64,000 nt of DNA, taken from contig CAYSHM010000006.1 of the NCBI GenBank assembly GCA_964430885.1, forward strand, positions 86,645 to 150,644, given 5' to 3'. Of the stretch, positions 27,704-37,354 are shown piece by piece. The stretch comes from an uncultured archaeon. Its GTDB lineage: Archaea; Thermoplasmatota; Penumbrarchaeia; JASLWR01. Below the pieces are notes generated by a model, which worked only from the letters and a program-made list of their open reading frames with translations, searched no databases and had not been told where the DNA came from. How positions within the stretch are numbered: position 1 is the first letter of the stretch; each line of letters begins with the position of its first letter. Made by a program: the position numbers and the translations under genes.

Positions 27704-29767
27704 TTATCCATCCTCTGCCAATTTTGATTCCAATATGAATTCGATCTTCATCTCCAAATGAATTGAAGAGAACATCTCTGGATAGGTTAATGAGCGGGCG
27801 TTTATGATCACAAGTACCGTGGTGCTGTTAATCGTATCTGCAGGTGATTGGATTCTCATAACCATTACAGTTTGATTTCTACTTTCAAGATATGCTGATG
27901 AGCTTTCCCTGAACCATATGTCCAAACCGCGGTAAGGTCCCATTGTTCTCATATCTATCACAGAGGTATTAAATACATAGGTGTCATTGGTAATACCCTT
28001 GTTGGTAACGGTGATTTCAACACTGTCAATACTTGGTTCATTTCCTACTACTCTCATAAGTCTTTCGTCGGTTTCAGTGCTCATTTCTATATAGGAAACC
28101 TGGGCTCCTACAAGCACATGGTCCACAATTCTGTTTTTACCGCTCTCAATAGCGCTGAAGTTGATCTTTAACTGCGAACCTAATGGTGTATCGCCCGCAC
28201 ATTTAAACGTGATATTTACTCTGCCTACAGTATCTCCCGGCATTGAAACTTGGATTCTCTCAAGTTCGTTCCCAACCAATCCATTCATTGGTATCAGATA
28301 GGATTTCCCCTTCTGATCCTCACGGATCTTATAGTCCACAGTAATGTTCCATTTATCAAGCAGATCCGGTCTCAGTTCTCTGAAATCATGATAGGATAAT
28401 GAGAAGGTCAGAGAATAATCACCCTCGCCTTCGCCGGTATTGTTCAGATATAGCTGAATTGAGACACTGCCATTGGGAGACAGGGACCTGATCGGGTCGT
28501 TGTAGTGGATATGGATGTCAGGCAGTGTTTGTTTCTCATCCATTATCTCCAGAGGTGCAGGTATGAAGCATAGGACTAGAATTGCCACGGAAACAACTCC
28601 AATAATCTTTTCTTTTGACCTCAGGGGTGTGATGTCGTTTAAAGGCGGAGGATGTTTGATACCTAGAAGTATAATAAGCAGTGAAAAGAGGAGCCATCCA
28701 GAGAAGAAGAAGTAGCCCATTACCAGAAGGGCCCCCACAGTGATAAAGGACAAGTATTTCGCTTTCTCACCCAGAAGTCCTCTCCATATATGTCCCCCAT
28801 CCAGCTGTCCTGCGGGAAGCAGGTTGAATGCGGTAATAAGGAGCCCCACCCAACCGGCAAAAGCAGTGGGATGGAGCAGATCAAAACTTCCCGTATTAAT
28901 AAAATTTGAAATGAACATGAACAGAAGAGGCTCTCCTAGGACCATAGTACTTTCTGCAGAAGCGTCCATTACACCGGGGAATTCCTGGGTAAGAAAGAAT
29001 CCTATGATGGTAACGGGTATTGCAACAATAAAACCGGCGATCGGTCCAGCTGCACCTATTTGGATCAGGGTTTTCTTCGAGGGAATGGGTTCTTTGATCT
29101 TAATGAACGCTCCGAATGTTCCCAAGAAACCTATGAATGGAGGGATGGGGATGAAGTATGGGAAAGTAGCACTGACCTTATTTCGTACGCTAGCAAGATA
29201 ATGTGCAGATTCATGGGTTCCCAGAATCAAGAGGAGAGGAAGGGCGAATGATAGGCTTCCGTAAAGGAGGAGCTTCGGAACAGTAAGCACCTCAAAAATG
29301 GATAAGAAGGCACCCCAATCACCGCCGAAATTGGATTCCCAACCTGTGTAGGAAGCCCAAAGCATGGAACCTGCCCAAATAGTTGTAATCAAGGTTAGTA
29401 TGAAGAGAATGACGTTCCATTTGGTTATTCTCTTTTCTTCCGGGGGCGCTCTAAATATATATATCTCCGCCCGTCCCATCTTTATTTGGATCTTTGCAAG
29501 AAATCCCATATCCTTTAATTGGGTTCGGAAGTTCTCGTATTCCCTGTTCAAAATCTGCTTGAATTCCTCTCCTGCTGAATTGGGATATTTGGATATATTA
29601 TAGATTATATAGCCCTTGGTCCTATGAGAACCATCTATCTTGAAATATCGGTTCAGAAGTGAAGTGATGGATTCATATTCCAAATCGGTGAAGAAATCAT
29701 TGGGGATTCCTTTGTTTTCAAGATCCCTTCTACCGGTCACCCTGTCAAAGAATCCCTTTCTTACCAC
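27704..29767 (-). CDS. Site-2 protease (M50) with C-terminal soluble Ig-like extension
   Basis: HESAH zinc motif, GTFGAFI, AAGPIAG and NLLPAGQLDGG; multiple TMs; ~280-aa beta-rich C-terminus. Confidence 0.9.
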   Translation of the reverse strand: MVRKGFFDRVTGRRDLENKGIPNDFFTDLEYESITSLLNRYFKIDGSHRTKGYIIYNISKYPNSAGEEFKQILNREYENFRTQLKDMGFLAKIQIKMGRAEIYIFRAPPEEKRITKWNVILFILTLITTIWAGSMLWASYTGWESNFGGDWGAFLSIFEVLTVPKLLLYGSLSFALPLLLILGTHESAHYLASVRNKVSATFPYFIPIPPFIGFLGTFGAFIKIKEPIPSKKTLIQIGAAGPIAGFIVAIPVTIIGFFLTQEFPGVMDASAESTMVLGEPLLFMFISNFINTGSFDLLHPTAFAGWVGLLITAFNLLPAGQLDGGHIWRGLLGEKAKYLSFITVGALLVMGYFFFSGWLLFSLLIILLGIKHPPPLNDITPLRSKEKIIGVVSVAILVLCFIPAPLEIMDEKQTLPDIHIHYNDPIRSLSPNGSVSIQLYLNNTGEGEGDYSLTFSLSYHDFRELRPDLLDKWNITVDYKIREDQKGKSYLIPMNGLVGNELERIQVSMPGDTVGRVNITFKCAGDTPLGSQLKINFSAIESGKNRIVDHVLVGAQVSYIEMSTETDERLMRVVGNEPSIDSVEITVTNKGITNDTYVFNTSVIDMRTMGPYRGLDIWFRESSSAYLESRNQTVMVMRIQSPADTINSTTVLVIINARSLTYPEMFSSIHLEMKIEFILESKLAEDG

Positions 29768-29901
29768 TTATAATCCCTTCAACGCTGTTGAACTAGGTAA
29801 TCTGGCCCAGATAAAATATAGAAATGAATAGGTATGGAATAACATTTACCAGTTCTACCTATCGGCATATAAATATATTTATTATTGTTTTTACTGGAAC
29901 C

Positions 29902-30228
29902 CTACATCTCCCAGGCTTGTCTACTGATCCCATCCTCGGACCATTTTTTCTTTGTTCTTTTGATCCGTTTCTTGGGTTTATCGTCCTTCAATCTGATCCT
30001 TCCCGGGAAATATTTTAATATCACTACCTCACCGATTGAGTTCACCCATCTGAAGGGAACCGATACATCCAATCCTGCATCTATGAGCATGGGATTAGTA
30101 TTTGTCAAAAGAAGTTGATCGATGTTCTCGTTCACCATATCGATTATCAGGTTGCTCACAACTCCAAGGTACTTTCCTTTGGGGGTGTACACATCCAATG
30201 AGATTATTTCAGTGTATTCAACTAGCAT
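29902..30228 (-). CDS. PRC-barrel domain protein
   Basis: LDVYTPKGKYLGVVSNLIID...VSVPFRWVNSIGEVVILK; GAGGGAG RBS. Confidence 0.88.
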   Translation of the reverse strand: MLVEYTEIISLDVYTPKGKYLGVVSNLIIDMVNENIDQLLLTNTNPMLIDAGLDVSVPFRWVNSIGEVVILKYFPGRIRLKDDKPKKRIKRTKKKWSEDGISRQAWEM

Positions 30229-30273
30229 TTATAATACTCCCTCTATAATGTTTAATAGATGATGGTCCTGCAT

Positions 30274-30294
30274 GGGAAATCAGACTGATTTCCC
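30274..30294. promoter_or_regulatory. Perfect 10-bp inverted repeat; candidate operator or 5'-UTR hairpin
   Basis: GGGAAATCAG-A-CTGATTTCCC, 46 nt upstream of the PRC-barrel start codon. Confidence 0.4.
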
Positions 30295-30508
30295 TTTATT
30301 ACATGAACAGTTCCAAGCATATCAGTCAATTGATAAGCACATAATAGCGCTCACCTTAATAAAAGTTATCGGAGTATTGCTTTTCAATTATAGCCCAAAA
30401 TGGTCAATATGATGATATTGAAGGTTAGGTCGATCCATAAGCGTTTATATCCCTAATTTTAGTGGATTATTAGAGAGCAGGTGGGGAAATTGAAAAGGAT
30501 GAATGGGG

Positions 30509-31957
30509 TCATTTACTGTTGATTACAATAGTCCTTCCCATAATGTCGCCTATCCTTTGAGAAAGGGAATTCCTTCTGATGAACAGGATGTTCACCAGGA
30601 ATAGTCCGCAACATAGTTCGATAAATCGTCCCACGGTTCTGGCGAATATTTTGTCCAGGGAAGGTGGATCACCATTAACATCCACGATCCTAATGCTAGT
30701 TATGATCTTACCGGGGGTCCTTTTGGTTGCATATTCCAAAATAACGAAATAGAAGAAAAGAACAATCCCCCATGAGGAAACCAATATGTATAAATCTATG
30801 ACAAAGCCCAGATTGGGGTCGAAGTTCAGCCATAAACTGAAAAGTATTATGGTCAGTATCAGAATTATTACCTGATCAATCATGAACGCACCAATCCTCC
30901 TTCTCAAGCTTGCCAATCTGTTTGCTTTCGTATCTTCCAATAGATTGAGTAAAAAACCGCATGTTATCAAACATCTTCTGGATATCTCACTATCTACCTG
31001 AGAATTCCTTGAATATTCCCTAAGTAGCCGGTAGTCCCTTTTAGCTTCGGAGTGTATAAGACTTTCATAATTACCTATATTTTTCACTTTGCCCTTATGG
31101 TCTGTTCTAAGGATTGCGTTTATCTGGCCAATTTTTTCCCGAACACTTTTTTCTGCATATCTTACCGCTGATAGGTCTTCACCTTTTTCAAATAGCTCGT
31201 GGGCCCTTGCGTGATACAGATCGATTCGATCGGGTTCTGCAAATTCAGGGCTTTTGTCATTTTGTATTTGAACAGTAGTCCCAGGCTCAAATGGTTCATT
31301 TGATTCCTTGGGGAACATTTTTATTAGCAGCTGATAATAAGGAAATGTTAGTATCAGAGTGAGCAAAGGAATTATTACCAGAAGGTCCAGGGTATGCGCG
31401 CCTCCAATTATACCGACACCCCCTACATCATAACCTAGATAGTCCACCCTAACAAGGTCCGCACCTATCAACACTCCTAAAGCGCTGATGCAGAAAGCCG
31501 ATGGTATCATTTTTTCCCATGTACTGAAAGTGGAATACAGCGCGGCAAATACAGTACTGGCTACAACAGGCAGCAGGTAATCAGGAAACCTTGAAATGAT
31601 GCCTAATCCCGGTTCAATACTGCTCGATATGAAGGTAAGTCCCGCAACCACAGAGGTACCCAATATTATCCATATAGGATTCAGCTTATTGGTATACCAA
31701 AAATAGAAGGAAAGGAACATTGGGAACAGCCCTCCTGATAGTTCTATGCCTATCCAGGATTTCTGTGTAATAAGAATTGGGAATGAGCCTATACAAAAAA
31801 GTATGCCCAAGGCGAATCCCAGAACGACCTCCCTTCTCAGATGGATGTTGCGGGCCAATCTTGGAAATTCGCAGTTGATTATATAGAGCAAATTCAAACC
31901 AATGAAAGGTGCTAGGATCAATGTCAGACTTCCGATTATATTGATGATCAGACTCAT
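30509..31957 (-). CDS. Membrane protein: DUF1614-like N-domain, helical middle domain, RDD C-domain
   Basis: GIELSGGLFP, GVLIGADL and IIGGA.TLD (DUF1614-like); ASLRRRIGAFMID..TPGK..IRIV..QRIGD..GRTIV (RDD). Confidence 0.65.
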   Translation of the reverse strand: MSLIINIIGSLTLILAPFIGLNLLYIINCEFPRLARNIHLRREVVLGFALGILFCIGSFPILITQKSWIGIELSGGLFPMFLSFYFWYTNKLNPIWIILGTSVVAGLTFISSSIEPGLGIISRFPDYLLPVVASTVFAALYSTFSTWEKMIPSAFCISALGVLIGADLVRVDYLGYDVGGVGIIGGAHTLDLLVIIPLLTLILTFPYYQLLIKMFPKESNEPFEPGTTVQIQNDKSPEFAEPDRIDLYHARAHELFEKGEDLSAVRYAEKSVREKIGQINAILRTDHKGKVKNIGNYESLIHSEAKRDYRLLREYSRNSQVDSEISRRCLITCGFLLNLLEDTKANRLASLRRRIGAFMIDQVIILILTIILFSLWLNFDPNLGFVIDLYILVSSWGIVLFFYFVILEYATKRTPGKIITSIRIVDVNGDPPSLDKIFARTVGRFIELCCGLFLVNILFIRRNSLSQRIGDIMGRTIVINSK

Positions 31958-32329
31958 GCTGTATCAGCTCAAAAACGGGTAATAATAATAATATTGGTTT
32001 AATATTACTTGAAATCGATTGTTTGTATTATTTTGTAGGGATTGGCCCCTGCGATGCTCCATTTCAATATTCTCAAGGATGATTTCTGATAAAAAATGGA
32101 ACCTAGCTCGACACTTTCAAATATATTTCATCTCAACATGACTTTTACAGAAATTTTAATTAACCCTATACTATCTTATTCTCAATAATCAAAAAGAACG
32201 GCCCTGAAAATGGCTTTGAGGTCAATCCTCTTCAGTTCGTGAATGTTCCATCCGGGGTAGTTGATGAATAATGTTGTCGGACAATACTATTCTTGAAAGG
32301 TTTCCTTCTAAAACCAGAAGTGTGTGAAC

Positions 32330-34693
32330 ATGGACAATAGGAATTTGCCCATTAAATTGGAAGACCAACTTGTTCTTCACCTCTTGAATTTCGGAGGTTT
32401 TGAAGAGGAGTACAAGGTTCCTTTCCCCATATCCCAGTTAGGTATCGCACGCATTCTGAATGCAACCAGGTCTCATATCTCCTACTATATTAAGAAAATG
32501 AAGAGAAAAGGGATCATTGTTGAGAGATTAGGCCGGATCATTGATCTCCCCAGAAAAAGAAAGGTATATTTTCTCACCGATGAAGGACGAGAATATGGCC
32601 GGGAACTTGCAGAAAAGATCATGAGAGAAGGTCTGGAAATAGATTTTCGTGGTACAGTTATAACCATCACTCTGGATAGAGGAATATTTGAGAAAAAAAT
32701 GACATCGGCGCTTGCTTTGATTCTGGAAAAGGTTGTAAGGGAATTCCCTCAAATTCCGACTGCAGTTCAGGATGAAGAGGAAGATTATCTGATCAATCTA
32801 CCAGGTCAATTGGTCCATCCTGCTTATGGTGAATTGATCACTCCAGAGATGCTGGAACTGGTAGAAGAGGCCATTGATAAAGGCCGGAATATTGTCTTGG
32901 ATTCACCTGCAGAACCTGAACTATCCTTTACATGTCTGGAAGCGTTGGCTCTTAAGATTCAGGAATTCTGCAATGTGTTCATTTGGGATTTCAACCGACT
33001 CACAACGAGAAACGAGATACACACTCAGCTTCTGAACTTCATAGGAAGGATGGGTGATCATTCCCTTCAGTCATGGGGATATGACGAAATAGAGACTGAG
33101 GAATTTACAGAGAAGTACAGGGACATAATCACCGGCCTCCCCCTAGTTATTTTGGTAAGGATCAACTTTTCTTCTGGAAATCTTCTTACCATGGAATCGA
33201 AGGAGCACCTTTTGGAAATTGCCTCCAAGGGTAAAATACCTATTATCATGGGGAACAGTTGCGGTCTAGCGGAAGATGATCCGATATTATCCCGGATCTA
33301 TGGTGATGAAGCATCCCTATTGAAGTTGGCATTGTCACCGCCCGGGAAGGATGATTTGCTACTCATCGCGAAAAAAATAAGAGGTGCTCGGGAGGATGAA
33401 TTGAACCAATTGGAGCAGGGCTTCAAAGAAATGTGCACCCTATGTTCCCAAGCTCCCTTGATATTGGCGAATATTCTGGTCAGTCCCGGGGAATTTAAAA
33501 GGGATCACCTTATTCAGACCTTGGGTTTTTCATCTGAATTACTAGATGCTTTGGAATTGGATGAACTTTCCATTCTCCATGCAATGTGTGGACTTTCCCA
33601 CCCTATTGGAAAGGAGCAGCTAAATGAGAAGACCCTTGCAAAATTGGATGAACTCAATTCAAAGCTGTTGGTCTATAAGACCGAGGTAGGGTATTGGCTT
33701 GGTCCAAAAATAAGGCGTTTGGTTTGCGGAAATTCCACAGATAAAGAAATTGCAACGAACTTGCTGGAATTTTACAGGGGGACCCATTATCTGAATGAAC
33801 ATCAGGTTCTGGATACCATAACCCTGTTATTTGAAGCCGCAAATTATCTGAAAAGCCTCGTTTGGGCAGTTGATTGGAGCAGACTTTATCTCGAAAATCC
33901 TTCATTCATTGTAGATATGGATAAACTGCATTTACTGTACGAAGAAATTGATGAAATCAATCTATCCAGAGAAGTAAATGGTTTACTCATATTACTGCGT
34001 GTTTGTCTTCAGATATTCAAGGGCAATCTGGATGAGGCTGAAACCCTGGCAAATGAAGTTCTGCTCACTGGGGAACAGATGAAAAATGTCACAATTCTGA
34101 CCAGGGCCAACTATCTTCTGGGAAAGATATATCTCAAGAGGGGGGATCTCCAGGGTTCTTTAGAAAGGTTTGTGGTTTCCTATAACCTTTCAATAACTAA
34201 GGATGAACAGCTGAGTTCCTCTCTTGCTGCACTCTCGATATCTGCGATCTACGGAGGGATGGGGGAGTTGAACCGGGCCTTGGCCTATATAGATATGGCT
34301 GCAGGAGCTGATAAAGGCATGTTTTTCTCACCTCTGGTTACAACCGTTTATGCAGCCCAGGCCAGGTTATATAAGGAAAAGGATATTTTGACAAGGGTGG
34401 TCTCGGGTTTGACCAAGGCTGGGGACATGGCCATGAGGACTGGTCGGCCAGACGAGGGTTTCAAGTATATGATGGCCAAGGCCGAGGCGCTTTCCGAAGC
34501 GGGTCATGACAAAGAGGCGGCCTATATTCTGGAAAGTGTGGCAAGAAGGGCGGAGGAGAAGGGTGATGGTCATATAATGCTTCTTGCCTTCAACAGCCTA
34601 TGGGAAAGATGTTATGCCGATGGAACCCTGTTTCATCAGATATACAAGCAGAAATCCCAGCATCTTTCAGCCATGCTCAAAAGAAATCATTAG
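32330..34693 (+). CDS. Winged-helix / degenerate NTPase / TPR-repeat putative regulator
   Basis: SQLGIARILNATRSHIS..IKKM...RKVYFLTDEG wHTH; TPR-like helices (ANYLLGKIYLKRGDLQGSLERF, GELNRALAYI); no intact Walker A. Track start is GTG at 32324. Confidence 0.65.
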   Translation: MDNRNLPIKLEDQLVLHLLNFGGFEEEYKVPFPISQLGIARILNATRSHISYYIKKMKRKGIIVERLGRIIDLPRKRKVYFLTDEGREYGRELAEKIMREGLEIDFRGTVITITLDRGIFEKKMTSALALILEKVVREFPQIPTAVQDEEEDYLINLPGQLVHPAYGELITPEMLELVEEAIDKGRNIVLDSPAEPELSFTCLEALALKIQEFCNVFIWDFNRLTTRNEIHTQLLNFIGRMGDHSLQSWGYDEIETEEFTEKYRDIITGLPLVILVRINFSSGNLLTMESKEHLLEIASKGKIPIIMGNSCGLAEDDPILSRIYGDEASLLKLALSPPGKDDLLLIAKKIRGAREDELNQLEQGFKEMCTLCSQAPLILANILVSPGEFKRDHLIQTLGFSSELLDALELDELSILHAMCGLSHPIGKEQLNEKTLAKLDELNSKLLVYKTEVGYWLGPKIRRLVCGNSTDKEIATNLLEFYRGTHYLNEHQVLDTITLLFEAANYLKSLVWAVDWSRLYLENPSFIVDMDKLHLLYEEIDEINLSREVNGLLILLRVCLQIFKGNLDEAETLANEVLLTGEQMKNVTILTRANYLLGKIYLKRGDLQGSLERFVVSYNLSITKDEQLSSSLAALSISAIYGGMGELNRALAYIDMAAGADKGMFFSPLVTTVYAAQARLYKEKDILTRVVSGLTKAGDMAMRTGRPDEGFKYMMAKAEALSEAGHDKEAAYILESVARRAEEKGDGHIMLLAFNSLWERCYADGTLFHQIYKQKSQHLSAMLKRNH

Positions 34694-34789
34694 GCTATAC
34701 CCATACCTTATCTTCGGGATCAGAAAGCAGTTGTTTGTTTTATAATATCTATATTCTGAAAACTGAACTAGCGCTAGTATAGTAATTCA

Positions 34790-35083
34790 TCATTGCCAAT
34801 GATTGATATAAAGGAAGATCAGGCCTGCGATATATCCGAGGTTGATCAGGAATATAAGGATTGTTATAAGATAAAAGCTCTTCTTATTGGTCTTATGGCG
34901 AAACAACAACATTGCTGATACCGCACCATATACGCCAGCGAGAAGTGCGAGAATATGAAGTGTTTTTTCGGGAATTCTATATGCTTTCTTCTTTGCTTTC
35001 CGCTTATCGATCCAGTATATAAAAAAAGTGATAAAATTGAACAATAGGACGCCTGCAAGGATCCACAATATAAAATTTTCCAT
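34790..35083 (-). CDS. DUF1294 family membrane protein
   Basis: YWIDKRKAKKKAYRIPEKTLHILALLAGVYGA..AMLLFRHKTNK. ATG at 35083 (track start 35113). Confidence 0.88.
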   Translation of the reverse strand: MENFILWILAGVLLFNFITFFIYWIDKRKAKKKAYRIPEKTLHILALLAGVYGAVSAMLLFRHKTNKKSFYLITILIFLINLGYIAGLIFLYINHWQ

Positions 35084-35133
35084 GTGGCTTTCACCGTGAA
35101 AGGTATATACCAATTCTATTATGTAAAAATGGA

Positions 35134-36324
35134 TTATTCATGATAGGACAGACTGATTGCCCAGTCGCCCTTTGACAATTTCGTTGAATTCTTGAAGTTC
35201 AATATGGGTTTGCCCTTCTTGTATATTGTGATCACCTTGTCACCGGGTCCGATGGGGATTTCCTTAACAAGCATAGGTTTATCGACAACATGCTGGTTTA
35301 TATCTAATCCTTCAGTTTCCTGACATACGTCAACTATGAAATCCACCACATGTTTCTCGTCAACGGAGTTGGCCAGAAGTAATCCGTTGACCTTTGAGCT
35401 CGGGACCATAGACTTCACACCCGCATGTTCAATAACGTCCATATTCTCTTCATCCTTGACAGCAAGGATTACCTTGATATTTTTGTTCAATCTCTTGGCC
35501 TTGAGGCTCATCATTACATTGTTCTCATCATTGAGTATGGGAAGAATAATGGTCTTGGCAGTATCTATATCTGCCTTCCCCAAAACTTCAGTATCGAGAG
35601 CGCTTCCGGGGATGAGCTGGATTCCCTTATCTTTCATCTCTATGAAATCCTGGTTTTCATCAATAACAACACATTTAAGACCCCTGGAGGTCAATTCCTC
35701 GTAAGTTACCTTGCTGGTGGAGTTCCACCCCACAAGTATTACATGATCCTTTAACTTTTTCTTTTTCAGTCCGCGCATCTTCATAAAGCTGACCTCCACT
35801 AATCGAGAGCCCAGTTCCCCGATAACAAGACCAATAGTACTTATACCGAGCATACCTACGGCATAGTATAGTATCCTGCCCCAGGTGGTAACAGGGGAAA
35901 AATCTCCGAAACCAACCGTTGTAACTGTGGTAAATGTCCAGTAGAAGGATGTATGGTAATCATACAGTTCACCTAGTTCAACATTTACCTCGGCTATAGC
36001 CCGATTGGTTTTATTGTCCTTTAAATTGTTATCATCCAAGTATTGCTGTATTGCGGTTTTGTTATCATTTTCGATACCCTGGTTCTCAAAATATCTGAAA
36101 CCAAATGTTCCCAGGCCGAATGTTATGAGTACCAAAAAGAATATGATCTGAAGATTCCGGTTCTTCAGTACCGCAAAAATCGTCCGAAAGAATTTGGATA
36201 GAACAACGAACATCAAAGAGCCTATGAACAAATGAATAAATATCTTTTCCCTTATTTTATCGGGTTTTGGCGAATAATATGTGATCCAAGTACCAGACCT
36301 GATGATGTGGCTCAAGTTGTCCAT
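35134..36324 (-). CDS. 2-TM potassium channel with RCK (TrkA_N) domain, MthK-like
   Basis: SFYWTFTTVTTVGFGD selectivity filter; DHVILVGW RCK start. Start is either 36324 (abuts the cbf5 stop) or 36213. Confidence 0.9.
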   Translation of the reverse strand: MDNLSHIIRSGTWITYYSPKPDKIREKIFIHLFIGSLMFVVLSKFFRTIFAVLKNRNLQIIFFLVLITFGLGTFGFRYFENQGIENDNKTAIQQYLDDNNLKDNKTNRAIAEVNVELGELYDYHTSFYWTFTTVTTVGFGDFSPVTTWGRILYYAVGMLGISTIGLVIGELGSRLVEVSFMKMRGLKKKKLKDHVILVGWNSTSKVTYEELTSRGLKCVVIDENQDFIEMKDKGIQLIPGSALDTEVLGKADIDTAKTIILPILNDENNVMMSLKAKRLNKNIKVILAVKDEENMDVIEHAGVKSMVPSSKVNGLLLANSVDEKHVVDFIVDVCQETEGLDINQHVVDKPMLVKEIPIGPGDKVITIYKKGKPILNFKNSTKLSKGDWAISLSYHE

Positions 36325-37332
36325 CTATTTATGTTTCCACATACTAGGATAGGTATATTTCTTCATAATGACCTTTTTAGTAACAACTGCTATACCGTTT
36401 CCTGCTTCCAGAACCGCATTTGCGGAAAGTGTGCTTTTACCCAATCCAATGATCTCCCCTTTTCGGCTCATAATGGCGACACGCTCACCGGAATTGAGGT
36501 CCTTCTGTACCTGAAGTATTCCCGTAACCGCCAGATCGGCCCCGTGGCAAACGGCATCAACAGCGGTATCCTTGGCGATAACCCGGGGTAAACCCCCCAC
36601 CATTTTCTCCAATGGGTTCAGGATTTCCCTTAATAGTGTTCCATTACCAGATCCTTCATATATTTCCCAGCCGTCCTTCAGGGAATGAAGAGTATGGATA
36701 TTCTCCTCGTCGAAGGGACCCACCTTGGTTCTCCTAAGGGCCTTCAACTGTCCGCCCACTCCCAAAGCATCTCCGATATCCACAGCAAGGGTCCGAATAT
36801 AGGTGCCCCCTTGACAACCGACCCTTATTAGGATGTCCCGTCCTTTGATCTCCAGAAGATTCAGGTAATATATTGTTCTTATGCGGAGCCTTCTTTTTAC
36901 AGCGCTTTTCCTGGGCGGAAACTGGTAGATGTCTCCTGTGAAATCCTCAAAGACCTTCCTGATCCGTTTCTCGCTGCAATCCCTGTGAAGATGTATTATT
37001 CCCACGTACTCTTTTCCGGCATCCTTTAATGCATCCACGATGCGTGTGGCTCTCCCCACGGCCACAGGAAGAACTCCAGTTACCTGCGGGTCCAATGTGC
37101 CGCAATGTCCTGTCTTCTTGACCTTCAGGATGTCCCTTACCCATGATGAAACCTGATGACTGGTAGGGCCGGCCGGTTTATCCAGGAGAATTAGTCCTCC
37201 TTCAATAATTTCAGGTATTGTCCTTTCATCCGGTTTCTTACCTGAATCGAACATAATTATGTCTTTTTCCTTTATGAGGAATTGACGTTTTTTTTTCCTG
37301 ATTTCCACGGGTAATTGACCTTTTTCGTCCAT
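36325..37332 (-). CDS. cbf5: RNA-guided pseudouridine synthase Cbf5 (TruB family)
   Basis: LDKPAGPTSHQV, GHCGTLDPQVTG, IYQFPP..SAVKR.LRIR and GTYIRTL; PUA domain AVDAVCHGADLAV.GI. Confidence 0.95.
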   Translation of the reverse strand: MDEKGQLPVEIRKKKRQFLIKEKDIIMFDSGKKPDERTIPEIIEGGLILLDKPAGPTSHQVSSWVRDILKVKKTGHCGTLDPQVTGVLPVAVGRATRIVDALKDAGKEYVGIIHLHRDCSEKRIRKVFEDFTGDIYQFPPRKSAVKRRLRIRTIYYLNLLEIKGRDILIRVGCQGGTYIRTLAVDIGDALGVGGQLKALRRTKVGPFDEENIHTLHSLKDGWEIYEGSGNGTLLREILNPLEKMVGGLPRVIAKDTAVDAVCHGADLAVTGILQVQKDLNSGERVAIMSRKGEIIGLGKSTLSANAVLEAGNGIAVVTKKVIMKKYTYPSMWKHK

Positions 37333-37354
37333 AGCTTATTCACCGTTGCAGTCA

